A DNA stretch of 63,636 nucleotides, filler included, from Nemertoderma westbladi (GCA_032718475.1; 4 parts of 4 records of this genome joined end to end with filler, not necessarily neighbours in it); one strand, 5' to 3'. Positions 44,581 through 57,872 are shown, counted from the first letter of the whole stretch. Numbers and translations: made by a program. The notes: generated from the sequence alone by a model not told the origin.

Positions 44581-44991
44581 GGGGAACCGTTGAGGCCGCC
44601 ACTCTTCCTTCACTGCCACTCTCTGCCTGTCTGCCTGTTGTTCGCGAGATTAACAAAAGCGTTCTGCTAGTACCGGTACTGTCTTACAGTCTTAGGCTTA
44701 ATTCAGTAGTAATTTGTACCGATCCACGATCCCGTAGTTATTTCCGTATTATTTTACAGTTTTATTACTGTGTAATCGAGGCCTAGGCCTATTTCGTGTG
44801 CCGCTGCTGGGGTGGGCTATGATGGTTTTCAATGGCTGCTTTCAAATCTACCAACAAATTCGTAACCGAATGGTTGGCTGCTACAAAGAATTGGCCTGTC
44901 TCTAGGTTAGTGCAGTAGCCTAGTCAGCTAGTGGTTACCTACCGGCATACTGATATCAGGATATACCGGGTACACCATGAGCATGACCCGT

Positions 44992-45560
44992 AATATAGTG
45001 TCATTTTCTGATGACATGGACACCCCCCCCCCCCCCCCCCCCAATTTTTCTACAAATCTTTATCATATTGCTTGAAATTTGAAGAACAACTAGTTCAACT
45101 CACCGAGCTGCCGTGGTTATTACCGGCACCAAGAAGCCGGAATTTTCTATTTCGCCTTTAAATTTTTTTATAAGCGTTTTTAAAAAGTGTCTTTTTTTAT
45201 GTATTAAATAGAATAACATAGCCTCGCGCCGGTGCAAAACCATGCAACATTTGAACGCTCATATCTCAGCTATTTTTCAACGAAATTCAAATTGTGTTAC
45301 ATATTTGGAATCCTTGTACGGTCAGCTTTCCATTGGTACGAACAAACAGCTATAAGGTAGAAGAATAACTGCGGTGTAACGGGTGTAATATCGCTGGAGA
45401 CCGAGATTAAAAGCAAAAATAAAAATTCTGGCTCACCCAGTCAGTGGTCGGGAGGTGAAACTATCTCTGTTTCAAGTTTCATGCAATCTCATTAAGATCT
45501 GTAGAACAATTAGGGGGGGGGGGGGGGGGGGGCGTGTCACCGGTAACACGACACTATATT
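44992..45560. mobile_element. MITE-like element with imperfect TIRs containing polyC/polyG
   Basis: AATATAGTGTC...GACA..CAC(C)n at left, (G)nCGTGTCAC...GACACTATATT at right. Confidence 0.65.
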
Positions 45561-45651
45561 CTGGGACATGGTGATAAATATTATACTTCTCTGGTCCGAC
45601 CCGAAGGTTAATAATCATATAAACTACTAAACGTTTCTAATTTTTAGATGG

Positions 45652-45751
45652 NNNNNNNNNNNNNNNNNNNNNNNNNNNNNNNNNNNNNNNNNNNNTTAAT
45701 TAATTAANNNNNNNNNNNNNNNNNNNNNNNNNNNNNNNNNNNNNNNNNNNN
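45652..45751. other. Artificial contig spacer
   Basis: N44-TTAATTAATTAA-N44. Confidence 0.97.
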
Positions 45752-45885
45752 GCATGGACTGGCTTCGGCTAATGTTTTTAGTTTGTTTTGTATTAAATCT
45801 TATCATCTTATAAAAGGCAGATTATCAATAAAGACATATAAATTTCGGCAGGTTAAACTGCTGAAGGTCTATAAAAGCGCGTACA
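45752..45885 (+). mobile_element. 3' end of LTR (same family as 5470-6731)
   Basis: CTGGCTTC.GCTAATGTT...AATAAAGACATATAAATTTCGGCAGGTTAAACTGCTGAAGGTCT..AAAAGCGCGTACA, followed directly by satellite. Confidence 0.85.
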
Positions 45886-47192
45886 CACTGGTTACTCAGG
45901 TGATACTCCCCTCACCCGTTGTTACACTGGTTACTCAGGTGATACTTCTCTCACCCGTTGTTACACTGGTTACTCAGGTGATACTTCTCTCACCCGTTGT
46001 TACACTGGTTACTCAGGTGATACACCTCCCCGCACCCGTTGTTATACTGGTTACTCAGGTGATACTTTTCTCACCCGTTGTTACACTGGTTACTCAGGTG
46101 ATACTCCCCTCACCCGTTGTTACACTGGTTACTCAGGTGATACTTCTCTCACCCGTTGTTACACTGGTTACTCAGGTGATACTTTTCTCACCCGTTGTTA
46201 CACTGGTTACTCAGGTGATACTCCTCCCCTCACCCGTTGTTACATTGGTTACTCAGGTGATACTCCCCTCACCCGTTGTTACACTGGTTACTCAGGTTAT
46301 ACTCCTCCCCGAACCCGTTGTTACACTGGTTACTCAGGTGATACTCCTCCCCTCACCCGTTGTTACACTGGTTACTCAGGTGATACTCCCCTCACCCGTT
46401 GTTACACTGGTTACTCAGGTGATACTCCCCTCACCCGTAGTTACACTGGTTACTCAGGTGATACTCCGCACACCCGTAGTTACACTGGTTACTCAGGTGA
46501 TACTCCCCTCACCCATTGTTACACTGGTTACTCAGGTGATACTCCTCCCCTCACCCATTGTTACACTGGTTACTCAGGTGATACTCCTCCCCTCACCCAT
46601 TGTTACACTGGTTACTCAGGTGATACTCCTCCCCTCACCCGTTGTTACACTGGTTACTCAGGTGATACTCCCCTCACCCGTTGTTACACTGGTTACTCAG
46701 GTGATACTCCCCTCACCCGTAGTTACACTGGTTACTCAGGTGATACTCCGCACACCCGTTGTTACACTGGTTACTCAGGTGATACTTCTCTCACCCGTTG
46801 TTACACTGGTTTCTCAGGTGATACTCCTCCCCTCACCCATTGTTACACTGGTTACTCAGGTGATACTCCTCCCCTCACCCGTTGTTACACTGGTTACTCA
46901 GGTGATACTCCCCTCACCCGTTGTTACATTGGTTACTCAGGTGATACTCCTCCCCTCACCCGTTGTTACACTGGTTACTCAGGTGATACTCCTCCCCTCA
47001 CCCGTTGTTACACTGGTTACTCAGGTGATACTCCTCCCCTCACCCGTTGTTACACTGGTTACTCAGGTTATACTCCGCACACCCGTTGTTACACTGGTTA
47101 CTCAAGTGATACTTCTCTCACCCATTGTTACCCTGGTTACTCAGGTGATACTCCTCCCCTCACCCCGTTGTTACACTGGTTACTCATTTGAT
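45886..47192. repeat. 39/42-bp minisatellite (CTGGTTACTCAGGTGATACTC(CT)CCCTCACCCGTTGTTACA)
   Basis: About 32 tandem units. Confidence 0.97.
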
Positions 47193-48224
47193 TATTCGCG
47201 CTTTTAGACCTAACAGTTTAACCTGCTGATTTAAGTGTCTCCTTAAATCGACTATTGCCCTTGCTTATTGACATCAGTTGAAACCAGTCTATGCGCGGCG
47301 TATGACCCACGGTGTGGGAGACTGGATTCAGTTCTAGAGAAATTTATTGCAGTAGGCTACTTTGTATTATTCGATTGATCGCTACTATATAATCTCCAAC
47401 AACTATATTTACTTTCGGGGAAATATTAACAGTTCCTTTGGGACGTGGCGCTTTAAGTATCAAACAGAGTTATGACTTACACTAATCACAACTAGAGGCA
47501 ATAGGGTATCGCAAATAGCGCATTTTTTAGGAATGCTTTATTAACCTTCACACGACTTCACACTATTTCACACTAATTCACACTAATGCACACTGATTTG
47601 CCGAATGTCACCGATTTTGATCATATATAAGGAGGATTGCAACTGACACACGTAGGGATTATGAAATAGCATTTATTTCACAAAAAAACCATTATAAATT
47701 GAGTCGCAATTGCTACTGGTACACCCTTCTGCTTACCTCAGCAATTAAGAAAGTTGAGGGGTTTACGATTATTTATCAGTATTCTCGAATATAACATCCA
47801 TCAATATAAACAGCAATTAACAACAATATAAAACAGTATTAAAGCAGTGCGGTGAAAAGAGTCAGTATGTTGAAAGAAGTGACTTGTGGCGTGCAGTGTG
47901 TAATGTTAATAGATGGTCGTTCTTATGACTCTAGCCTCTGATGTTTTGGGCAAAATCTGAAACGTCAGAACTTCCGAATGAATCCTGAATGAAGTAGGAT
48001 TCTAGGAAAAACTGCCTATTGCGTCATCTCCCGTAGGCTGCTGTAAACAAAAAGGGGAGATCGCTCTGATTGGCTGAGATATGTCAACCCAACTCTACCC
48101 AACCCAATTTCGTCATCCCAACTCTGTGTTTCTTGACAGGCGCGTAGGTGTACAATTATAAGTCCCTTTAGAGTATTTAGCGCATTGCGTAAAATGACTT
48201 ATTATGTCTGCAAAAGCTTTTACA
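47193..48224 (-). mobile_element. Solo LTR (same family as 5470-6731, diverged) inserted in satellite
   Basis: Minus strand starts TGTAAAAGCTTT and ends AAAAGCGCGAATA (decayed TACA); flanked by TTGAT/GTGAT, an imperfect 5-bp TSD. Confidence 0.8.
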
Positions 48225-49517
48225 GTGATACTCCCCTCACACGTTGTTACATTGGTTACTCAGGTGATACTTCTCTCACCCGTTGTTACACTGGTTACTC
48301 AGGTGATACTTCTCTCACCCGTTGTTACACTGGTTACTCAGGTGATACACCTCCCCGCACCCGTTGTTATACTGGTTACTCAGGTGATACTTTTCTCACC
48401 CGTTGTTACATTGGTTACTCAGGTGATACTCCTCCCCTCACCCATTGTTACACTGGTTACTCAAGTGATACTTCTCTCACCCGTTGTTACACTGTTACTC
48501 AGGTGATACACCTCCCCGCACCCGTTGTTATACTGGTTACTCAGGTGATACTTTTCTCACCCGTTGTTACATTGGTTACTCAGGTGATACTCCCCTCACC
48601 CGTTGTTACTCTGGTAACTCAGGTTATACTCCGCACACCCGCTGTTATACTTGTTACTCAGGTGATACTTCTCTCACCCGTTGTTACACTGGTTACTCAG
48701 GTGATACTCCTCCCCTCACCCGTTGTTACACTGGTTTCTCAGGTGATACTCCTCCCCTCACCCGTTGTTACACTGGTTACTCAGGTGATACTCCTCCCCT
48801 CACCCGTGGTTACACTGGCTACTCAGGTGATACTCCTCCCCTCACCCGTTGTTACACTGGTTACTCAGGTGATACTCCTCCCCTCACCCGTTGTTACACT
48901 GGTTTCTCAGGTGATACTCCTCCCCTCACCCGTTGTTACACTGGTTACTCAGGTGATACTCCTCCCCTCACCCGTTGTTACACTGGTTACTCAGGTGATA
49001 CTCCTCCCCTCACCCGTTGTTAGACTGGTTACTCAGGTGATACTCCTCCCCTCACCCGTTGTTACACTGGTTTCTCAGGTGATACTCCTCCCCGCACCCG
49101 TTGTTACACTGGTTACTCAGGTGATACTTCTCTCACCCGTTGTTACACTGGTTACTCAGGTGATACTCCCCACACCCGTTGTTACACTGGTTACTCAGGT
49201 GATACTCCCCTACACTGGTTACTCAGGTGATACTCTCCTACACTGGTTACTCAGGTGATACTCCCCTACACTGGTTACTCAGGTGATACTCTCCTACACT
49301 GGTTACTCAGGTGATACTACCCTACGCTGGTTACTCAGGTGATACTCCCCTACACTGGTTACTCAGGTGATACTCTCATACACTGGTTACTCAGGTGATA
49401 CTCCCCTACATTGGTTACTCAGGTGATACTCTCCTACACTGGTTACTCAGGTGATACTCCCCTACATTGGTTACTCAGGTGATACTCTCCTACACTGGTT
49501 ACTCAGGTGATACTCCT
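48225..49517. repeat. Continuation of 39/42-bp minisatellite, shrinking to a ~29-bp unit after ~49200
   Basis: Same unit; later units lack the CACCCGTTGT segment. Confidence 0.96.
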
Positions 49518-49765
49518 AGAATCAGCAATGACAAAACCATTTCTGGATTAATTTTCATAAGTTTTTAGGGAACAGAATCAAACTATTTCTACTTATTTTA
49601 TTCAGAACTGTCATATTTTTAGGGTGTTGTTACTCAGCTTTATATGCTAGGGATATATAGACGGAAACTTCATAATTAATTAATTGGATTGCATGTTTCC
49701 AAACTTTCAGGCCTTATGGAAATAATGTCGGAAATTTCGTTATGGAAATATATTATATTACCGTA

Positions 49766-50172
49766 ATTGTCATATTTACTAGGATGTTATATTTACTTGC
49801 TTTCTTGCTTACCAAATGGAAATATAATCCGATGTGTCATATTTACTTGGATGTCATATTTACTTGCTTTTTTGTTTACCAAATGGAAATATAATCCGAT
49901 GTGTCATATTTACTTGGATGTCTGTCATATTTACTTGCTTTTTTGTTTACCAAATGGAAATATAATCTGATGTGTCATATTTACTTGGATGCCATATTAC
50001 TTGTTTTCTTGCTTACCAAATGGAAATATAATCCGAAGTGTCATATTTACTTGGATGTCATATTTACTTGTTTTCTTGTTTACCAAATGGAAATATAATC
50101 CGATGTGTCATATTTACTAGGATGTCATATTTACTTGCATTCTTGCTTACTAAACTTATGGAAATATAATAA
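49766..50172. repeat. ~67-85-bp tandem repeat with nested TGTCATATTTACTT subunits
   Basis: TGTCATATTTACTTGGATG...TTACCAAATGGAAATATAATCCGA repeated about 5-6 times. Confidence 0.85.
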
Positions 50173-50457
50173 GAATTGTAATATATGCCTGGACATTAAA
50201 ATTACAGTCTATAATGAGCTAAGCGTTTATGCAATGGGAATAACTTATGGATATGTATGGTTCTGATATGTTAATGATATTGAAATAAATGATAATGTAA
50301 ATAATGTAAATGGGGGTGGGGGGGATATAAGCCAAAAAAATTGAAATTTCTGATGTTATTCACCGAATAAGTGAATTGCCACAAACCCCAGACCAACATT
50401 ACAGTCGCTAATGAGAAAGAACTCTTAAGTTCAAAGAGTATGCGGACATCGCTGCAG

Positions 50458-51867
50458 CTAATTCTGCTCTATTTTCCCCTGTTTCAGTTGAGACACCCTA
50501 GCAGAATTGGTGCATTGTCCATGATATTCCTGAGGTAAGAGGATAAGCGCAATCTCGGGCGACCCACGTTCATCATCCTTCCTTCCTTCGCTTGATACAG
50601 CTCTCCCAGCCCTCCAGTCTGTATCACCATATCCAATAGGTTCTATCGGTGCTGGACTTATGTTGGAAGACATCTACGATTGTGGCCATCCCTTCGCCGT
50701 AGTAGGTCGTTATGGTGTGTTTTTCCCTCCTAAGATAAGGAATACACTCTCCATTTGATTCGTATTCAGAAATCGTGCGGGTTTCCGATGGTGTTTCGAG
50801 TTCATACTTGTCATTCACAATGTCCCTACACAACGTCGCCACGACTTCTTCCTGATCCTCCTACACCTGTTGTCTGCGCTCCTCGTCTTCCCTTGTCCAC
50901 CTGCTGACAGGTGTTTCGACTCTGATATCCTTGAGAAACCTTTGCATTGTAATTTACGGTGTCGCCCTTTGTTCCCGGAAAGTCTACAAGCGGCGTGGAT
51001 CGCAATATTTATGGCGCCCCTCAATGTGACCGATTGGTTCGAAATTTCAAACACCCTTGGGCATTTCCCGATCGCAACTGTCAGGAATAATTCATAGAAG
51101 TTGCCAGTCTTCTTGGATGATATATCGCATCTGTTCCACCGACACGTATTTAATGTTCCACTGATACAACATTTGATGATGATTGGGATGCGCCTCCCAA
51201 CCTACAGTATCCGATGGATAGCTGAGCGCCATATTGTTCTCTATAAGTTTTAATTGTTGATTGGTTTGGGGCTGATAAAGCCCATCATTGGACCAAATGT
51301 TGCAGAAATGTATGTTCCAAAAACCTCATTGAGTCAAGTATATAGGACTTGAGCGTCCAAAAGTTTTGGAAGCTTTGTCCCAACAATACGTTTGATGTCT
51401 GTAATAATAGCTGAACCGCATTTGATAATAGAATCATTTTGTACTACCTTAGCAACGGCGTTTGGTAGTTGGTCCAACCATGGTTCAACGGTTCCTTCAT
51501 CGTCGAAAATGACACATCCTTCCTTTTGGACGGATTCGATGAACCGTTTCCACTGTTTCTTCGGTTGGTTATTTGTCCACCATGTGTGTGTGGTTGTGTT
51601 TGGGTATTCTGAAAGAAGACTCCTTACTGACCGCAACACAGTGGAGATACTTCGTCTCTGCTAGGAGGTCTAATGATATGTACCTACGAGTCGGTTCATG
51701 TAGAAGTAATCCTGAAGCTCGCGAACTTTGTCGTGGTGTGCGGAAGATGCTGGTAGTAGCTGCGAGAGATTATCTCGGGGTGTCTCAGTGTGTGATCAGT
51801 TATTATGGATGGTCCGGGTGCTCCCATTAATGAACTCTCTCGTCTCGCCGACTCTCTTTTCAGCCAT
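50458..51867 (-). pseudogene. Decayed DEDDy-like exonuclease gene, divergent homolog of ORF 1132-5391
   Basis: GCVIFDDEG ~ GVVTYDNEC; LPNAVAKVVQNDSIIKCGSAIITD..LLDAQ ~ LPQPVLEMLFNERILKIGSAVYGD..FVDTQ; SVEQMRYIIQE (51110-51143) ~ PSLAIYTIFE; broken by stops and frameshifts. Confidence 0.6.
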
Positions 51868-52099
51868 TCCTTCTCTACAACTCTGTCAGCTAACTAACAA
51901 CTTTGCCTTTGTAAGATCTTAGTGTTAACTAGAGCTAAATTTACCAATAATTGCGTTTAACTAATTCACTTTATTTCATAATCTGTACGTAAATTGTGCC
52001 TATTTATGTTCAAATTCCTTACTTATCTGGCTTGCTTAATTTTTTTCTACCCTAAAATATTATTACTCTCATAGGATCGGCATGCTGCATTGCAGCTGC

Positions 52100-52101
<2 letters not shown>

Positions 52102-52145
<44 letters not shown>
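52102..52145. repeat. (TA)n microsatellite at Gypsy insertion site
   Basis: About 22 TA units directly before the LTR TG. Confidence 0.95.
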
Positions 52146-52149
<4 letters not shown>

Positions 52150-52397
52150 GCGATACTATATGGCTCGCCCCATATCCTCGGACAATATGGGAGAGACCTA
52201 CCGGTAAATGTCAGTATGTCAGCAGATTTACCATATACAAACACTACCGTATTACCTGTACGGTACATGGATTATGCTGTGACTGCATATATTTGGCCAT
52301 TGTACCTAACTGTTCTTATCATCAATATATTCGCATATCTGCTCCACACAAAGGTTTGTTCGTCTGCTGCCTCGCAGCAATAGTAGATACCCCCACA
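52146..52397 (+). mobile_element. 5' LTR (~252 bp) of Gypsy element, followed by PBS TGGCGCAG
   Basis: TGTGG...CCACA termini; TGGCGCAGTG at 52398 is PBS-like (possibly tRNA-Ser). Confidence 0.75.
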
Positions 52398-52547
52398 TGG
52401 CGCAGTGTGATTTTGAACCTCGACGGGAGGTCAATCCGTAAGAAAAAACTCGGGATATTGTCCGAATCGGCTAACGACTCCATATCCCCCAGAGACAGTG
52501 GCGACAAAACGATCGAGGCGCGAGGTGGCAGTCCCTCCCCTCTACGG

Positions 52548-55500
52548 ATGAACGACCTCATCCAGATCCTCGCCAGACAACAGGCAGACGCAGATGCACA
52601 TCTGGCACGGCAGCAGGCGGCCGCAGATGACTGCCTAGCCCAACTCCTCGCGGCGCTGCAACCCGGTGCAGCAGCAGCGGCGGCGGTCCCGGTACCGGGA
52701 CCACCCGCGGCCCAACCGATGTATGCGCAGGCCGCCGCGAACCCGGCTCCTCGACGCCGGGTCATCGACATCTCGGCGATGGAGAAGATCGACGTGGACG
52801 TCGAGTTCTCCATGTTCCGCCGGTGGAGACAGGCGTGGCGGTCCACGCCCACAGGAGCGGCCTACAGGAGACCATCCGCGTCACCCTACACGTGAACATC
52901 GATGCGGACGATACAACCATGGAGATGGTCCTCGATGCACTCCAGGGCCACCTCCGCGCCAAGAGGAGTATCGCAATCGACGCGATCAAGTTCCACGAGC
53001 GCCGGCAAGGCGCGACCGAGGGATTCGATTCCTTCTGGGTGGCCCTGGAGGATCTCGCAGACACTGCGGAGCTCTGCGGGTACTGCTGCGACCAGCAGAT
53101 CGTTACCCAGATCATCGTGGGTCTTCGATGTTCGGAGACCCGGATGGAACTCCTCAAGGTTCTCCCTCAACCGACCCTTGAGGACTGCGTGAGGATCGCG
53201 CAGAGCGTGGAAGCCAGCGAGAGGAACGACTCGATCCTTGCGAGCGGGAAACCTGTGAACAAACTCTCTGCGTTAAAACGCGAACGCTCGGTCTCCCGGA
53301 ACCAACCCTGCTATCTCCCGCACCCCGATGGGCTCCCGGAACTCATCGCCCGACCCTGCATGGCGTAACTCCAGCGGCCACAGTTGCGGCAACTGCGGCC
53401 GGGAACCCCACGAGGCAGGCTCGGAATGCCCCGCCAAGGGGGTCAAGTGCCACGGCTGTGGCAGGACGGGGCACATCAAGCGGATGTGCCGGTCCCGATC
53501 CGCCACCAAGAAGAGGGTGTCCACAGTGTATCACCGCCAGAGTATTAGCAGCGTTGCCAACAATGAGGGGACAGCCTGCAAACTCTCATATATCGCGGTG
53601 GGCCTGACGGACTCTGGGATCGGGAACCTCAAGGGGACGGTTCATGACTCCCTCCCGGACAGCGGTGCGGCCGCCAACGTCTTCAACCAGGGACTGTTTC
53701 TCCGGTTCGGAGTGCGACTCGATGACCTCCTCCCGCTTCGAGACGACGACAAATTCGAGGCGGCCAACCGACTCCCCATGGCGGCCGTGAGATGGTACCC
53801 AGTAGAGATCGACTACTGCGGGACGACGGCGACCACCGAGCTGGTCATCTCTCCCGAGTCCGACGGACTGATCCTCTCTAAGAAGACCATCCAGGACCTG
53901 GACATCCTCCCGCGCACCTTCCCGGCTCCCCTACACAGCCGCGGAACCGTCGCTTCGTCCCCGGCGATCCGCTCCCAGGACGATCTCCTCCGCGAGTTCA
54001 CCGACGTGTTCGACAATGACTCCGCGCCTCTTCCAACGATGCATGCAACTTCAGCGTATCCAGCTGAAGGATGGGGCCAAGCCGTTCCACGTCAACAGCG
54101 CGCGACCTGTCCCGTTCGCGATGCGGGACGAGGTGAAGGAACTCCTCGACAAGCTAGAGTGACGGGAAGTCATCGCCCGGGTCGAGGAACCTACGGAATG
54201 GACCCATCCGATGAGGGTAGCACATAAACCCAACGGGGGACTGCGACTCAGCATGGACCTCCGCCACCTAAACTCGCAGGTCCAGCGCCCCTATTACCCG
54301 ACGCCAAATCCACGGACTGCAGTCGCCGGAGTCTCCACGACTGCAAAGATTTTCTCCGTGTTCGACGCCGCCAGTGGCTACTGGCAGGTTCCCCTCGACG
54401 AGGAATCCCAACTCCTCACCACCTTCGCGACTCCCTGGGGCCGGTACCGTCACACTCGTAGTGTGATGGGGCAGATCTCGTCCGGCGACGAGTTCAGCCG
54501 TCGAGGCGACGACGCCCTCCAGGGACTTCCTAACCTCATCAAGGTCGTAGATGATGTGCTCCTCTACGACGATACGATGGAGGAATACATGGAGAACATC
54601 GCGAGGTTTATGGAGCGGTGCTGGACCTACAGGATCACGTTACACCCGGGGAAGGTTCAGTTTGCCCAGACCGAGGTTCGGTTCGCTGGGTACCTCGTCG
54701 GAGCCTCCAGGATAAAGGCCGACCCCGAGAAACTGAAGGCGATCGCCGGCTTCCCCCGCCCTGGGAACATCACCGATCTCCGCAGCTTCCTCGGTCTCGT
54801 GGAGCAACTCGCTCCATTCTCAGCAGATATCGCTGCCGCAATGTCCCCGCTATGCCCCCCCCCCCCCCCCCCCCCCCCTAAGCACGAAGGCGACCTTCAT
54901 CTGGATGGGGGACCACGAACGGGCCTTCGAGGCTACCAAGCTGGCTCTGACGTCACCACCGGCCCTCGTCCCATTCGACACAACCCGAGAGACCCGCCTA
55001 GTGACAGACGCGTCCCGGCTGAAGGGCCTTGGCTATGCCCTCCTCCAACTTTACGGGGAGGACTGGAAGCTGGTCGAGTGTGGATCGAGGTTCACCACCG
55101 AGACCGAGTCCCGGTATGCCATGGTGGAACTCGAGCTGCTCGCCGTCATGTGAGCAATGCAGAAGTGTCGTATATACCTTCTCAGCCTCCCACACTTCAA
55201 CCTGATCGTTGACCACCAGCCGCTGGTGACGATCATCGACAAGTACACGGTGGACGCGACCGACAACATGCGCCTCCAGCGACTCAAAACGAAACTGGCT
55301 CCATACCAGTTTACCACCATGTGGACCAAGGGGAAGGACCACGCCATAGCCGACGCATTGTCCCGCGCCACTGTCCACGACCCGACACCGGACGACATCG
55401 TGGACGACGGTGAAATGGCGACGTACATCCGGGCCGTCACCCGCCAGACCACCGCCGACATAACCGGCTCCGACTCCGCCCATCTCGCGGACCCAGTCCT

Positions 55501-55921
55501 CGATGAACTCGCCCGACTGGCTCGGGACGATCCGGACTACAAAGCCCTACTCGCGGCTATCGAGTCTGGGTTTCCAGAATCCACCCGGACGAACCCAGCG
55601 GTGAACTTCTTCTGGTCTGTCCAGGACCAGTTAACCACGGACGGGGACCTGGCCTTGCTGGGCCATCGCATTGTGGTCCCCACAGCGTCGCGGAAATTAA
55701 CCCTTACGCGCCTCCACGCCTCGCACCAGGGGGTGGAGAAGACGCTACGACGTGCCCGGCAGTGTGTCTACTGGCCGGGCATAACTAATGATGTCCGGAC
55801 GACCGTGGGCGCTTGTAGCAAATGTCTGGCCGGCCGATCGAGCCAGACAAAGGAGTCGTTCCAGTCGGAACCTCCACCCACTCGACCCTTCGAGGACGTT
55901 TCGGGGGACTTCTTCTCCCAT
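52548..55921 (+). pseudogene. Ty3/Gypsy (Mag-like) gag-pol, frameshifted and truncated in integrase
   Basis: Gag double knuckle CGNCGREPH..CPAKGVKCHGCGRTGHIKRMC; protease DSGA; RT DAASGYWQ..VVDD; RNase H TDAS..ESRYAMVELE..DHQPL..ADALSR; integrase LHASHQG..VYWPGI..CSKC; GC-rich; several frameshifts and stops. Confidence 0.93.
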
Positions 55922-56396
55922 TAGAAGTTAGGAAAGCAAAGGGTTGGGTAGCTCAATCAAAAAGCTCAAGCCACAGTGGATAGTGTATTTTTATACGGGG
56001 GTGAGACCTGGACACTGACTAAATCATTGAACAACGAATTGATGGTTGCTACACAAGACTACTAAGGGCAGCCCTAAACATCAGCTGGAGACAACACATG
56101 ACAAACGCCGAGCTTTATGGTACAATACCACCTGTATTAACCACTGTCCGTGAACGCAGATTAAGATTCAATGGGCACTGCTGGCGAAGTAAAGACGAGG
56201 TCTTACCAGATCTACTTTTCTGGCAACCAACTCATGGAAAGCGTAGTCGTGGACGACCAGCCATAACATATATAGATCAACTTGAAAGGGATACTGAACT
56301 TGGGAGAAACGAAATTGCGACAACTATGGAAAATCGGTAAGCCTGGAAGGATCTCATTTCCACTATCCGAGTTCGCTCGACCCAGTAGTAGTAGTA
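55922..56396 (+). mobile_element. RTE LINE 3' fragment (family A), decayed
   Basis: Matches the other family A copies, with an internal deletion and premature stop; (TAG)n tail; abuts truncated Gypsy integrase. Confidence 0.9.
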
Positions 56397-56789
56397 TAGA
56401 ATCCAAAATATGTGGTTTGGATTGATTGCGATATACTTATGGGTTTGTTGCTCGATTGACTCGACTATGTATGCAAATTTCCAAAGAATATGCCCTTCTT
56501 TAAAAAATACATGCAAAATAAGGTGCGACTCTTTCAGGTATAAAAGGATTCAGGATTTGGTTACAAAGAAAACTTATTAATAAATAATTACATTTATGAT
56601 ACAATAAAGTATTGAAAATCAAAAGGGAATTGTATGTTGATAATCGGACAAACATTAGTGACGAGTAAGGAAACAATAGGGTTGGTGTAAGAAACAATTT
56701 AATAACAAGGGCCTAAAGGGCCTTGAGTCGATGTGATTGTGTACAGCAGTACAGCACAGACTACTGTTGGGTGGGGTGGGGGGGTCACT

Positions 56790-57527
56790 AGGGTGCTACT
56801 GCTCCTTATTTCATTCGAATTTCTATTTTTAATAGAGATATTTTTCGCTCCATCGCACGAAAACATGTTTAGTAAGTTAAATTATTAAATGTCATTAATG
56901 TCTTCTGGTTCCCCCGGCCTTTCAAATCTTGAAATTTTTGCCAATTTTTATGATTTTTTGGTGAATTTCGAAATTTTAATAATATTAACCATAAAGAGAG
57001 CAAATATATCAGTTGAAGGTGAATATTAGATCAAGAATTCCACTAAAATAATATTTAAAATTATTGTACTGAACCAACAGTTAGTACGATTGTAGTTCGA
57101 ATGAATCAAATTTTAGTTCATGAGTTAGAAATATTACTTTTTAGTGAACTGAAATATACATATTATTATTTTTTACTTTGACTCACTAGTAAACTGCATT
57201 CCATAAACAGTCCTCTACCTGGAGATCCAATTGTCATATTGTAGTTTTAAAGGTGTTTACACCCACCTAGTAGACAATTGCGGTAGAATGATACTAATAT
57301 CTTTGCTATCTTTAGGGTTAATATTATTCAAATTTTACAATTCACCGAAAAGTCATCAACATTGGCAATAATTTCAAGATTTTGAATGGCCGGGGGAACT
57401 AGAAGACATTAATGACATTTAATAATTTAACTTACTAAAAACATGTTTCAAACTAAAAACATGTTTTCGCGCGATGGAGAAAAAAATAGAAATTCGAAAA
57501 AAGTGAAATAAGGACCAGAACCACCCC
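56790..57527. mobile_element. MITE with ~190-bp inverted arms
   Basis: TAGTAAGTTAAATTATTAAATGTCATTAATGTCTTCT.GTTCCCCCGGCC (56871-) mirrored at ~57387-57437; termini GGGTG..TCCTTATTTCA / TGAAATAAGGA..CACCC. Confidence 0.8.
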
Positions 57528-57872
57528 ACTGGGTAGCCAATCAAAGCCTGCTAATCGATTGAGTCACGATTAATATATCGATTAATATATCTGTGTCAAA
57601 CCGGGTTCAGTATGATGTCATAAATATTAAACAGTCAATTTTCTAAATTTGCCTTTTGCGTAAAAGTAAAACAGTAGTTTTCTGACATTTCTGAACGTTT
57701 TAACCAAAAACACACGAAGGCAGTCGATTCAGCGCACCTAGTAATACTAATTCCTTATTCACCAACCTTGTTACTGAATTATAGAAAAATAACTTAACAA
57801 AACAATATAAAATAATGCCTAAAACAGATAGACAGACAAATAAAATAACTCTGTAGTGACTGTAGTCGTTAC

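Noticed and set aside
45783-49258. VTLVTQVILLPSP repeat ORFs
   Set aside because: Minisatellite translation, interrupted by a solo LTR.
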